DNA from: a virus
Virus record (IMG/VR): IMGVR_UViG_3300045988_055586
Location: 1-38,403 of that record
Strand: one strand, 5' to 3'
DNA length: 38,403 nt
Shown: positions 15,814-25,759 of the stretch, in pieces
How the letters are laid out: the number at the start of each line of letters is the position of its first letter
How positions within the stretch are numbered: the first letter of the stretch is position 1
Notes under the pieces: model-generated
What the model saw: the letters and a program-made list of their open reading frames with translations, nothing else
What the model was told of the DNA's origin: nothing
Databases searched by the model: none
Position numbers and translations under genes: made by a program

Positions 15814-16962
15814 ATGGCAACAAAGCTTTGGAGAGGAAACACGGGCAGCTCGGTGCTGGATCTGCAGCAGAAGCTGAACCGGAACGGCTACAGCCTGGAT
15901 GAGGACGGCGTATTCGGCAGCAACACCTATAACGCGGTGCTGGACTACCAGCGCAAGAACAACCTGGCTGTGGACGGCGTGGTGGGGGATGAGACCTGGG
16001 GGAGCCTTGATAAGGTGCAGGCGGCGCAGCGTAGCACGCCGCAGTCTACATACACTCCCTATGACCCGGGGAGCGACAAGGCCTACCAGGCGGCGCTGAA
16101 AAAGCAGCAGGAAGCAGAAAACAGCAAGCCCGGGGAGTATAAGGGGGCTTACGACCAGCAACTGAAGGACATTTACGACAAGATCATGAATCGGGAAAAA
16201 TTCTCCTACGACTTGTCTGGCGATCCGCTGTGGCAGCAGTATAAGGACCAGTACACCCAGAAAGGGCGCATGGCCATGCTGGACACTATGGGACAGGCGG
16301 CAGCCCTCACCGGCGGCTACGGCAGTTCTTACGGCCAGGCCGTGGGGCAGCAGCAGTATAACGCCTATATGCAGCAGCTGGCAGCGGTGATGCCGGAGCT
16401 CTATGACCGGGCCCGCAGCGCCTATGATGCGGAGGGCAACCGTATGCTGCAGGAGTATGAGTTGACGGGAGACCTGGCCAGGGACGACTACAGCAAATAT
16501 CAGGACGCCTACAATCGCTGGCTGGCGGAGCGCAGTTATGCTCAGGGCAACGCGGACACCGCTTACGACCGGGGCTTCAACCAGTGGCTCCAGGAGCTGA
16601 ACCAGAGGAACAAGGACAGAGAGTTTGAGGAGAGTGTACGGCAGTACAACGAGAATCTGGCAGAACAGAAACGGCAGTACAATGCATCATTGGCCAGAAG
16701 GTCTTCCTCGGGCGGTAGCTCTGGGGGAAATGCACCAAAAAAGAAAGCAGCGGAATATGGACCCGGCATTTCTACGCAGAGAAATGTGGCTGGAATAAAA
16801 GGCAGCGGATGGGATTATACCAAGCACACCCTCGAAATGCTGCTGCGAGGGGGAAATGTTAAGGGGGCGGCAAACTACATGGACACGATCGTGGACGAGG
16901 TAAACGAGGGCCAGTACAAGGAACTGGAAAAAATGTGGAAAAATTACGGGCAGTCCTACTAA
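15814..16962 (+). CDS. Peptidoglycan-binding-domain (PG_binding_1-like) virion protein
   Basis: LWRGNTGSSVLDLQQKLNRNGYSLDEDGVFGSNTYNAVLDYQRKNNLAVDGVVGDETW, followed by a Q/Y-rich helical region. Confidence 0.65.
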   Translation: MATKLWRGNTGSSVLDLQQKLNRNGYSLDEDGVFGSNTYNAVLDYQRKNNLAVDGVVGDETWGSLDKVQAAQRSTPQSTYTPYDPGSDKAYQAALKKQQEAENSKPGEYKGAYDQQLKDIYDKIMNREKFSYDLSGDPLWQQYKDQYTQKGRMAMLDTMGQAAALTGGYGSSYGQAVGQQQYNAYMQQLAAVMPELYDRARSAYDAEGNRMLQEYELTGDLARDDYSKYQDAYNRWLAERSYAQGNADTAYDRGFNQWLQELNQRNKDREFEESVRQYNENLAEQKRQYNASLARRSSSGGSSGGNAPKKKAAEYGPGISTQRNVAGIKGSGWDYTKHTLEMLLRGGNVKGAANYMDTIVDEVNEGQYKELEKMWKNYGQSY

Positions 16963-16972
16963 GGAGGCGCAC

Positions 16973-19900
16973 ATGAGTACAAAGGGCAGAGAAAACTGGG
17001 AAAAATACAAGGCTGGGTATGTAAGTACAAGGCTGGCTGAGGAAGTATCCACAGGGAATGCCGGGAGAGACAGCTGGAACGAGCTGAAAAAGACGATTCG
17101 ATTTGATAAGCCCGAGAGCACACAGAATGTGGCCTCGGGCAGCGGCGCACAGAAGGACAAAAAGTTCGACGCCGGACAGTACGCCGAGGATGCCGGGAAG
17201 CTGTTTCTAAACGGCGTGGTAGAAGGTGTCGCGGCAACGGGAGCAGCGGTGGAAAACTGGATCGGAAAGGGACTGGATAAGCTGTTCCCCGGCGCCGGAT
17301 TTGAGGGCAGCGGACTTTTCAATGTGCTCTATAATGGCCGTCCTGACTGGAAGTGGGCAGGAGAAAACGGCCTGGTGGGCATAAAGCAGGACCGGGAATA
17401 CAATCAAGCATCCTTGCAGGAAAACGCCGAGCGCATTGACGGAAAGGCAATGAAAAAGGCTGCAGAGTTCGGCGGAGACATCGCCTACGGACTGGGCAAT
17501 GCTGCACCTATGGCGGCGACAGCAATGGTGACCGGCGGCGCGTCAGCGGCAGCTGCGCTTACCAAGGAGGGATTGCTGAAAACGGGCGCGGAGGTCGTAG
17601 AAAAGTCGGGTGTCCTCAACTCAATGAGCCAGGCCGCACGAGATATGCTGACCAGCCGAGACTACTGGACGAGCTTTGCCTCCGAAGTGGGTATGGACTA
17701 CTACGACGCCCTGGATAGCGGCGCCACAGAAGACGAGGCCCTGCGATACGCGCTCTCCTCGGCGGGGATCAACTCCGTTATTGAAATCGGCGGCGGTATT
17801 CAGAGGATCCCCGAAAAACCTACCTTCAGGACCTGGCTGAAATCGGCCAACGAGGAAGGTATGGAGGAAATCCAGCAGGGGATCGTGTCCCGGCTGCTGG
17901 AGAATGTGGTCTACAACAAGGGGAACTCCATCGCGTCCGTCACGGACGAAAACGCGGTACTAAACCCCGTGACCGCGCTGGGCGAATACGCCGGCGGTGC
18001 AGCGGTGGGCGGAATCCTATCCGGCGGGCAGCAGCTGACCCAGCGAGGAATCAGTAATGCGCAGTATAAGAGGGCCTATAACCGAGGCATACAGGAAAAC
18101 GGCGTCACCGGGGCCAAGTACAACGCGGAGACCGGGAAGCTGGACGCCATCGTGAAGGACGATCAGGGCAAAATCAAAACCGTTCCGGCGGAGAAGGCGG
18201 AGCTTTCGCCGCTCCAGGAGGAACTATTCGACTGGGCGACAGATCTGGGCGAGGCTGGGCCGGTGCTGGTGAGCGCATACCGACAGACGCAGAACCTGGA
18301 AACCTACGCCCGGCAGTTCCACAATGCCTATGAATACGGCAAGGCAGGCGTGCCTATGGACTATGTGAATAAGTCCCAGGCGGTGAGCTATCTAAACACC
18401 ACTCAGCGGGAAATTGCCTACGAAGAGGGCGCAAAGGCACACCAACGGGAGCTGCAGGGCCGCCAGGAGAGGATGCGGTCCGGCGGGACCGTGGACACCA
18501 CTGCACGGAAAAAACCCGCTGTGAGCCTGCGAGGGGCCACGGTGGGAAGCGTAAAGTATGCACCGGTGAACAAGAAAGCCATGGATGGCCGACAGTGGGC
18601 CTCCGTGGGCACCATGAAAGCCTTTGCCCAGGCCACGGGAGTGAATGTGGTATTCTATGAGAGCCAGGCTAACGAGCGAGGCGAATATGAGGGTGCCAAC
18701 GGATTTTACAAGAACGGCACCCTGTATCTGGACATCAACGCCGGACGGGACCGGGTGGCGATGGGGGAGACGGCCATTTTGAAAACTGCCGCCCACGAGA
18801 GCACCCACTACATCAAGGAGGGCAGCCCGGAGCAGTACGAGGTGCTGAAAAACTTCGTTGTGGAAAAGTTGACCCGGGAGAAGGGCATCAGCTTTGACGA
18901 CCTGGTGACGGACAAGCAGCGCCGGGAGCCGGGGCTCTCCTACGAGGAGGCCGTGGACGAGGTGGTGGCTGACGCCTGCGAGATGATGCTCAAAGACAGC
19001 AAGGCGGTGGAGCAGCTGGCCCGGGAGAACCGCAGCCTGGCTGAGCGCATTCGCCAGTGGATCCGAAAGTGGGTGAGGAGCCTGAAGGCCGCCATGGAGG
19101 GCCTGACGGCAGACCGGCAGGAGAGCCGCGCCATGATGCAGTACGCCCAGGAGCTGCAAGAGATATGGGACAACGCCCTGGTGGATGCTGTCAGGAATGG
19201 CCGGGGTGTTGGAACCGGAAGGGCACAGTATTCCATCCGCGTCGTGGACGGAGAAACTATGACTGTGTTGGACACGGAAAATGATACCCGTAGCTTTGAT
19301 GCCGCCGAGAAATATCTGAAGGCACTGGTGGACACGAAGCACCCGTTTGCCACAATTCTTGCAGATGCACAGCCGGTCTACATTGGAAAGGATCTGCCGG
19401 GCGAGTATAGAAGCTCTGAATACACAAAGGGTATGGAGGCTAAACTGCGTCCGGTAAAAATGCAGGCCGCAACAAACCTTGACGAAATGCTGCTCCTTGC
19501 CGAGAACGGCGAATGGCGCGAGAATGTGAAAGACAAGCACAAAACTGATGCTCAAAATGGGTGGTACCGCTATGATGCACGATTCGAAGTACCGATTCTG
19601 AACGAAAAGAAGGCCGTAGACCATTACACGGTTTACGGCGGAACGCTTCTGATTCGCAATGACGCAGACGGAAAATCCTATTTGTACGACCTTGTGGACA
19701 TAAAAAAAGAGAAGAGAATCAGCACAGCCTCCTTCTCTGCCCGAGGGCATTCGGAGGTATTGGCGCCAAAACCTTCTCAACAACAGTATATGCAGGAGCA
19801 GAAGAAAAGTCAAGAAAAAAGTAATGAAAAAAGTAATGAAAAAAGTAATGAAAAAGTGCAGTTCTCCATGCGGGAGCCTGTGGAGGAAACCCGCGACCTA

Positions 19901-22900
19901 ATAGCACTGCACAACATGACGCTGGACAACCTACGGGGAGCCCTGAAGCTGGGCGGCCTGCCCATGCCCAGCATTGCCATCGTCAAGGCAAAGAGTGGAC
20001 ACGATCAGTATGGCCCGATCTCTCTGGTTTTCAGAAAGGATACTATTGACCCGCAGCTGTTCCGCAGCAACAAGGTGTATGGCTATGACGCATGGACGCC
20101 GACTGCGCCCCGCATTGAGTATGAAGTCAATGAAAAGGCGGCAGACAAGCTGCGTGAACTATATTACAGAATGCAGCGGGAAAAGGGCCGCGATTTCGCA
20201 GCTCCATTGTACTCTGTGGCAAACACGCTGGAGGACGAGTTGAACAACAAGGGGGGACTGGATAAGGTTGTTGATACGATGCGAGATGACACGCGCATCA
20301 TGCAAATTTATCTGGAAGACACGGGCGCTGGCTCTGTGGCAAATGTTATGCGGAAAAATGTGTCGCGTATGAGTGAAGGCGAAATCGAAATGGCACAGGC
20401 GTTGACGGAAAAGCTGGGTGAAAAGACAATCCAAAGCATCAGCGCACAGACGGGAGAATCGCCGTTTTCTGCAAGACGCCGCTGGTTTGCAAAGTATGGA
20501 GAGGCTGTAAATGATGCGCTGACTGCATATTACGAGCAGGAGGGTATACCTCATGAGGAAGCTCTGCGCGCAGTGGAGGCTGAGACAACAGCCAACAAGA
20601 TCAAGAGCGTGCTGCTTGCAAGAAAGTATCTAAACGGAAACGCTGAGGTTATAACGGAGGAGGTGGACCGGGAGGCCACAGACAAGGCAATCCGGGAGAA
20701 GGTTAATCAGGATTCGTATGACCAGTGGTTGGAGGGCCTGTTTTCCGGTGTGGTGAAAAATTCCGGCATTTACAACGGAAAAGATTACTACACAGCTTCC
20801 GGTAATCGGAGAAGTTTTTCTGCAACCCATTATGAAGTCAATCTGGAAAACACTGTGCGGGCCATGAAGCAGGGCGACCAGACTGGCGTGGGAACATTCT
20901 TTGGCGGACAGGCAATCTGGGGCGTAACCGCAAAGGATTACAGGTCCATAGAGGAAATTAAAGAAGACTCCGGACGGCTGCAGAAGCTATCAGAAGAAGA
21001 ATACAGCCAGATTCGCCAGCAATTCACAGAGAGGCTGGCAAACATCACCAGCGAGATCATGGACAAGAATAACGGGAACGAGTTCACCGCTTCGGACGAT
21101 GCGGCGAGTGCCATTGTGGAAACACTGCGAACCAAGCATACCGTGAAAGCAATCGACAAGGAGCTGCGCACCTATCCGACCCTGCACATTCAGCCGGACA
21201 CGGCGCAAAAGGTGTTTGATTTGTGCCGGGACATTTCCAATATGCCAACGGGCTATTTCGAGGCAAAGCCGCAGCGAGCAGTTGGATTTGACGAGGCGGC
21301 GGCTGTGGTGGTGCCGGACAACCTGCCCGCAGATTTGCGGAAGGGGCTGGAGCAGATTGGCGCAACGGTACGAGAGTACAAGGCAGGAGACGAGCAGAGT
21401 CGGCTGGAGGCCGTGAATGCCGATGAGCGGGTGCGGTTCTCTCTGCGTAGTGTACCCCCTGTAAAGCCCAAAAATGGGGGTTGGGAACGAGGAGCAACTT
21501 TCGATGAAGTGAAGACTGAACACCCAACATTATTTGCTCTCGATGCGGATGAATCGAGTACAAGGAATCCAACTCAGATATCGGGAACCGTAAAAAGTTA
21601 TAGAAAAATTTTCGATGCGCTGAAAGAGGAGGGGTTTGACGGAACAATTCTTGATGCGAGCTCCGGGCTCGGATATGGCACACGCTTAGGCCGAGAAGAA
21701 TATGGGTATAGAGTAGATGACATTGAGCCGTTCCCGGACGCGAAATATAAACCAAGATACACGGACTATTCTGCTCTGGATAATACTTACGATGCGATTA
21801 TAAGCAACGCCGTTCTGAATGTTATACCGCAAGATTTGCGGGATGCAATGGTTGTCAAAATAGGCGAGCTGCTGAATCCGGGCGGGCGAGCATTTATCAA
21901 TGTGCGTGGCACTGATGTTAAAAATGCCAGCAGCAAAGTGGCAATCAACGAAAGTGGAATGGAGTATTTCATATCCAATACGGGCAGCTATCAGAAGGGG
22001 TTCACGACGAAAGAATTAGTTGCATATCTACGGGACGCGCTTGGAGACGGGTTCACGGTGCGGGCTACAAACAAGTTCGGAGCAGTAAGCGCTATTGTAA
22101 CCAAAAACGAAGAAAGAGCGCAATCCCAGCAGCGGGAGCCGCGCCTATCGGATCGGGCCGTGCTGGAGTGGGCGGCGGAGATGGCGCTGCGGGACAAAAA
22201 CAAGAGCTGGACGGCGGAGGACCGGGAGCAGCTGGAGCGGTTCCGCAACCGGATGCGTATGCTGCAAGACACCCAGGCGGAGCTGGAGGCCCTGAAGGAG
22301 GAGCGAAAGGTCCTCCTGGCCGGGCGGAAGGTCTCGGAGATCAAGGGTGAGGAGCGGGTCGAGGTGACCAAAAACAAGAACCGCATCGACATCGCCAAGA
22401 ACAAGGCGGAGCGCTACGAGGCGGCGGTGTGGGAGCTGGAGTCCAAGACGGCCATCAAGACTCTGCTGAAGAAATCCCGCAGAATTGTGGAAACCGAAGC
22501 GTCCGACCAGGCCCGGAAGGAATATCGGGAACGGCAAGAGGAGCGGGAAATGGTGAATGTTACCCGGCGAAAGGTGGAGCGAAACGCCAAGCGCCTGCTG
22601 GAGTACATGAACACCAATACCGACAAAAAGCACATACCGGAGGCCCTGAAAAAGCCTATCGGGGAGCTGCTGGAATCGCTGAATTTCTACTCCAATTCTG
22701 CCCGCAGGGGCGGCTACACCAGCCGGGCAGACCTGAAATACTACGAGGCCATGCAGGGATTGCAGGCCGCGCTGGCAACGCAGCGAGCATTTGAAGACAC
22801 CGGGGAAGGCACGGATGTATTCAAGGGATATTTAGACCTTCCGGCGGGATTTGAAAGCCTGCTGGCCGTCCATGTAGAGCGGGTAAAAAATGTCGTAGAA

Positions 22901-25474
22901 AAGCACCCACTTAAAACCGATGTCTTAAGAATGATGGACCTGGGAGACCTGAGGGATTTGGATGTGATCCTGTCTGTGATGAGCCGCAGTGTGACGAAGA
23001 TGAACGAAATGTTCATAAAAAGGCGGTTTGCCTATGTGGCGGACGCGGCAGAGGATTCCATCATCGCCATGCAGCGCCTGGGACAGCACCAGGATAAGCC
23101 CGGAGAACGGTTTGCTCTGTGGGACAATACGCTGCCCTGGTACGCCTTCCAGCGCTTCGGCGAGGGCGGCAAGGCGGTGTTTGAGGGGCTGCAGGACGGA
23201 TGGGACAAGCTGGCCTTTAACATGAAGACAATCCGCGACTTTAGACAGAGCCTCATAAGCGATGCACTGGCCCGGAAATGGGACACAGAGACCCACAAGG
23301 TGGAGCTGACGGACCCGGACGGGTCCGCGGTGACGGCCACGCTGACGACGGCACAGCTCATGAGCCTCCGGTGCCTGTCCAAGCGTAAGCAGGCCCTGGG
23401 CCATCTCCTGGGCGGCGGCATAAGACCGGATGCCATCGAGATAACAAACACCCTGGGCGATAAAATCAAAAAGAAGAAGTGGAACCAGGACAAGCAGTTC
23501 AAGCTGACGGAGGGATCCCTGGGGCAGCTGCTGAAGCTGCTGACACCGGAGCAGATCAAGGTGGCGGACGCCATGCAGAAGTTCATGACCGAGCAGGGGT
23601 CCGCCTGGGGTAATGTGATAAGCATGGAACGCTTCGGGTATCGGGCATTCACGGAGCAGAACTATTTCCCCATCGAAACGGATCGGCAGGACCGGGAGGC
23701 GAAAACCGGAGATGCCAAGGAGGGCAGCCTGTATAGGCTACAGAACATATCGGCAGTAAAGCCGCTGGTAAAGAATGCCAACAATGCGCTGATCCTGCGG
23801 GGCATCTTCGATGTGTTTGCAAACCACACGGCGGATATGGCAAAGTATAACGCTATGGTGCTGCCTATCATAGATGCTCAGAAGTGGTATAACTACCGAT
23901 ACGGTGAGAAAAACGAGGCAGGTCAGGTGAACACCAGGACCGTGCAGCGTGCCATGACCAAGGCCTACGGAGAAGTGGCTAACAACTTCGTTATCAAGTA
24001 TTTGCAGGACCTGAATGGAGTAAAGGAAAACGGCGACCGGGGCGACACCATCCCCAAGCGGATGATCTCCAACTATAAGCGGGCCATGGTGGCCGCCAAT
24101 ATGCGCGTGGCCCTCTTACAGCTGACGGCCTATGCGCGGGCCTCGGCGGTGCTGGACTACAAGTACCTGGCAAAAGCGTTCACGGACAAGACCGGCACTA
24201 AGCAGGCCACGAAGGAAATGATGGAGAACAGCGGTATTGCTCTATGGAAAAGCCTGGGGTTCTTCGACACCGATGTGGGCCGCTCCATCCGCGACCAGAT
24301 CAAGGGCAAGAGCAGCAAAATCGATGATCTTGTGGACAAAACTATGGTTCCGGCGGAAAAAGGCGATGAAGTGACCTGGGCGCGGCTGTGGCGTGCCTGT
24401 AAGCTGGAGGTGCAGGACAAGCAGCATCTGACAGGGGAGGAACTGCTGAATGCAACAGCGGAGCGGTTCCGGGAGGTTATCTATCGGACGCAGGTAGTAG
24501 ACTCCACTATGACCCGAAGCCATACCATGCGTGGGAGCGGGACCCTGACCAAGATGGCCACCAGCTTTATGAGCGAGCCCACGGTGAGCTACAACATGGT
24601 GATGGAGTCCACACGGCAGATCGCGGAGGACGCCAAGCGTATGGGACTGCGCACGGCCATCCGGCGGAACTGGAAAACGGCTGGGCGGGCCTACCAGGCA
24701 TATATCGTATCGGCCATTGTGACGGCCATAGTGGAATCGCTCTATGACGCCCTGCGGGATTCAGACGACGACAAATACCTGGACAAGGTGTGGAAAGCTC
24801 TGGGTGGAGAAAAGCCGGAGACGGTGAAGGATGGGATTCTGGATGTGATCTTTGGCCTGAACGGAAACCTTGCGGGGGATATTAACCCCATCGGGAAGGT
24901 GCCGTACCTGCGGGATGTGGTGAGCATCCTCGGCGGCTACAGCAACGGGCGCATGGACACGGAGGCCGTGGCAAACCTGAAAAAAGCAATCGACATCTGG
25001 GACGAAGTGATCCGCTTGCAGACCGGAGACCTTGACAAGGCTACCAAGACCACCTACTACGGCAATATGACCACCTATGGGATGATCTATCCCACCGCTA
25101 AGGCGCTGTCACAGCTTACGGGGCTGCCGGGATCGGCGGCTATGCGCGAAGCGGCTACGGCGTGGAATACAACGGTGGGGACGGTGTGGCCGGCACTCAA
25201 AATGCGTACCTACGAGGATAAAAAGCTCCGGGAGGCCTGGGAGAACTACGGCAAGGACTCTGGTGTGAGCTATGCGGTCATGTACCGAGCTATCCAGGAT
25301 TTGAAGGAGATTGAGAGTGACCGGGACGCCGACGGAAACGCCATTAGCGGATCCCTGAAGGCGAAGTATGTGGAATATATTCGCGGAATGGGCCTGACGA
25401 GGGCGCAAGAAAAGGCTGTGTGGGAGGCGGCGAAGAATTCCTCCTGGAGCGACAAAGGGACCCCGTGGGGGTAA
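16973..25474 (+). CDS. Giant polyvalent virion/ejection-type protein (2,833 aa) with zincin metallopeptidase-like and SAM-methyltransferase domains
   Basis: AAGGAGG upstream of ATG 16973. HESTH at nt 18794-18808 (aa 608-612) in LKTAAHESTHYIKEG. MTase motif I ILDASSGLGYGT from nt 21647 (aa 1559), then DDIEP, AIISNAVLNVIP and LLNPGGRAFINV. Long coiled coils. Uninterrupted ORF. Confidence 0.85.
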   Translation: MSTKGRENWEKYKAGYVSTRLAEEVSTGNAGRDSWNELKKTIRFDKPESTQNVASGSGAQKDKKFDAGQYAEDAGKLFLNGVVEGVAATGAAVENWIGKGLDKLFPGAGFEGSGLFNVLYNGRPDWKWAGENGLVGIKQDREYNQASLQENAERIDGKAMKKAAEFGGDIAYGLGNAAPMAATAMVTGGASAAAALTKEGLLKTGAEVVEKSGVLNSMSQAARDMLTSRDYWTSFASEVGMDYYDALDSGATEDEALRYALSSAGINSVIEIGGGIQRIPEKPTFRTWLKSANEEGMEEIQQGIVSRLLENVVYNKGNSIASVTDENAVLNPVTALGEYAGGAAVGGILSGGQQLTQRGISNAQYKRAYNRGIQENGVTGAKYNAETGKLDAIVKDDQGKIKTVPAEKAELSPLQEELFDWATDLGEAGPVLVSAYRQTQNLETYARQFHNAYEYGKAGVPMDYVNKSQAVSYLNTTQREIAYEEGAKAHQRELQGRQERMRSGGTVDTTARKKPAVSLRGATVGSVKYAPVNKKAMDGRQWASVGTMKAFAQATGVNVVFYESQANERGEYEGANGFYKNGTLYLDINAGRDRVAMGETAILKTAAHESTHYIKEGSPEQYEVLKNFVVEKLTREKGISFDDLVTDKQRREPGLSYEEAVDEVVADACEMMLKDSKAVEQLARENRSLAERIRQWIRKWVRSLKAAMEGLTADRQESRAMMQYAQELQEIWDNALVDAVRNGRGVGTGRAQYSIRVVDGETMTVLDTENDTRSFDAAEKYLKALVDTKHPFATILADAQPVYIGKDLPGEYRSSEYTKGMEAKLRPVKMQAATNLDEMLLLAENGEWRENVKDKHKTDAQNGWYRYDARFEVPILNEKKAVDHYTVYGGTLLIRNDADGKSYLYDLVDIKKEKRISTASFSARGHSEVLAPKPSQQQYMQEQKKSQEKSNEKSNEKSNEKVQFSMREPVEETRDLIALHNMTLDNLRGALKLGGLPMPSIAIVKAKSGHDQYGPISLVFRKDTIDPQLFRSNKVYGYDAWTPTAPRIEYEVNEKAADKLRELYYRMQREKGRDFAAPLYSVANTLEDELNNKGGLDKVVDTMRDDTRIMQIYLEDTGAGSVANVMRKNVSRMSEGEIEMAQALTEKLGEKTIQSISAQTGESPFSARRRWFAKYGEAVNDALTAYYEQEGIPHEEALRAVEAETTANKIKSVLLARKYLNGNAEVITEEVDREATDKAIREKVNQDSYDQWLEGLFSGVVKNSGIYNGKDYYTASGNRRSFSATHYEVNLENTVRAMKQGDQTGVGTFFGGQAIWGVTAKDYRSIEEIKEDSGRLQKLSEEEYSQIRQQFTERLANITSEIMDKNNGNEFTASDDAASAIVETLRTKHTVKAIDKELRTYPTLHIQPDTAQKVFDLCRDISNMPTGYFEAKPQRAVGFDEAAAVVVPDNLPADLRKGLEQIGATVREYKAGDEQSRLEAVNADERVRFSLRSVPPVKPKNGGWERGATFDEVKTEHPTLFALDADESSTRNPTQISGTVKSYRKIFDALKEEGFDGTILDASSGLGYGTRLGREEYGYRVDDIEPFPDAKYKPRYTDYSALDNTYDAIISNAVLNVIPQDLRDAMVVKIGELLNPGGRAFINVRGTDVKNASSKVAINESGMEYFISNTGSYQKGFTTKELVAYLRDALGDGFTVRATNKFGAVSAIVTKNEERAQSQQREPRLSDRAVLEWAAEMALRDKNKSWTAEDREQLERFRNRMRMLQDTQAELEALKEERKVLLAGRKVSEIKGEERVEVTKNKNRIDIAKNKAERYEAAVWELESKTAIKTLLKKSRRIVETEASDQARKEYRERQEEREMVNVTRRKVERNAKRLLEYMNTNTDKKHIPEALKKPIGELLESLNFYSNSARRGGYTSRADLKYYEAMQGLQAALATQRAFEDTGEGTDVFKGYLDLPAGFESLLAVHVERVKNVVEKHPLKTDVLRMMDLGDLRDLDVILSVMSRSVTKMNEMFIKRRFAYVADAAEDSIIAMQRLGQHQDKPGERFALWDNTLPWYAFQRFGEGGKAVFEGLQDGWDKLAFNMKTIRDFRQSLISDALARKWDTETHKVELTDPDGSAVTATLTTAQLMSLRCLSKRKQALGHLLGGGIRPDAIEITNTLGDKIKKKKWNQDKQFKLTEGSLGQLLKLLTPEQIKVADAMQKFMTEQGSAWGNVISMERFGYRAFTEQNYFPIETDRQDREAKTGDAKEGSLYRLQNISAVKPLVKNANNALILRGIFDVFANHTADMAKYNAMVLPIIDAQKWYNYRYGEKNEAGQVNTRTVQRAMTKAYGEVANNFVIKYLQDLNGVKENGDRGDTIPKRMISNYKRAMVAANMRVALLQLTAYARASAVLDYKYLAKAFTDKTGTKQATKEMMENSGIALWKSLGFFDTDVGRSIRDQIKGKSSKIDDLVDKTMVPAEKGDEVTWARLWRACKLEVQDKQHLTGEELLNATAERFREVIYRTQVVDSTMTRSHTMRGSGTLTKMATSFMSEPTVSYNMVMESTRQIAEDAKRMGLRTAIRRNWKTAGRAYQAYIVSAIVTAIVESLYDALRDSDDDKYLDKVWKALGGEKPETVKDGILDVIFGLNGNLAGDINPIGKVPYLRDVVSILGGYSNGRMDTEAVANLKKAIDIWDEVIRLQTGDLDKATKTTYYGNMTTYGMIYPTAKALSQLTGLPGSAAMREAATAWNTTVGTVWPALKMRTYEDKKLREAWENYGKDSGVSYAVMYRAIQDLKEIESDRDADGNAISGSLKAKYVEYIRGMGLTRAQEKAVWEAAKNSSWSDKGTPWG
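19814..19856 (+). repeat. 12-bp tandem repeat (gaaaaaagtaat x3 plus a partial unit) encoding (EKSN)n linker
   Basis: Read directly from the sequence. Encodes QEKSNEKSNEKSNEKV inside the giant ORF. Confidence 0.9.
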
Positions 25475-25480
25475 AAGAAA

Positions 25481-25513
25481 AACAGGCTCTGCCATATGGT
25501 GGGGCCTGTTTTT
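25481..25513 (+). terminator. Intrinsic terminator after the giant gene
   Basis: aaacaggc...gcctgttt stem with an inner ctgcc-atat-ggtgg extension, followed by a ttttt tract. Confidence 0.7.
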
Positions 25514-25759
25514 ATATTCCCAAACGATTGGGAATTTGCGCAAAAATAATTGGAGGGGGAGGGGAGAAAAGACCCGGGGCGGACCTGTATAATGAGAGCG
25601 ACGAAACACAAGGAGGGGAGTGTCGGATGAAAAATCTGCCTATCACGGTGGAGGCTCTGCGCCCGGTAGCAGGGGTAAAGATTATGAAGTAAAAGGGCCG
25701 CTGGAAGTAACCCAACGCCGCAAAGCATCCAAGCCCCAGAGGAGAAAGGAAATTACTGA

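Noticed and set aside
18392-19813. 473-aa minus-strand ORF inside the giant gene
   Set aside because: Antisense shadow ORF. It has no start context, and the forward frame carries the recognisable HExxH domain.
19814-19856. Short tandem repeat considered as a CRISPR or mini-array
   Set aside because: The units are 12 bp, directly adjacent with no spacers, and in frame inside a coding sequence, so this is a linker-encoding microsatellite.
16973-25474. Giant ORF considered as a tape-measure protein
   Set aside because: It contains enzymatic domains (HExxH, SAM-MTase). No tail tube, sheath or chaperone-frameshift genes precede it. Its length would imply an implausibly long tail for a 38-kb genome.
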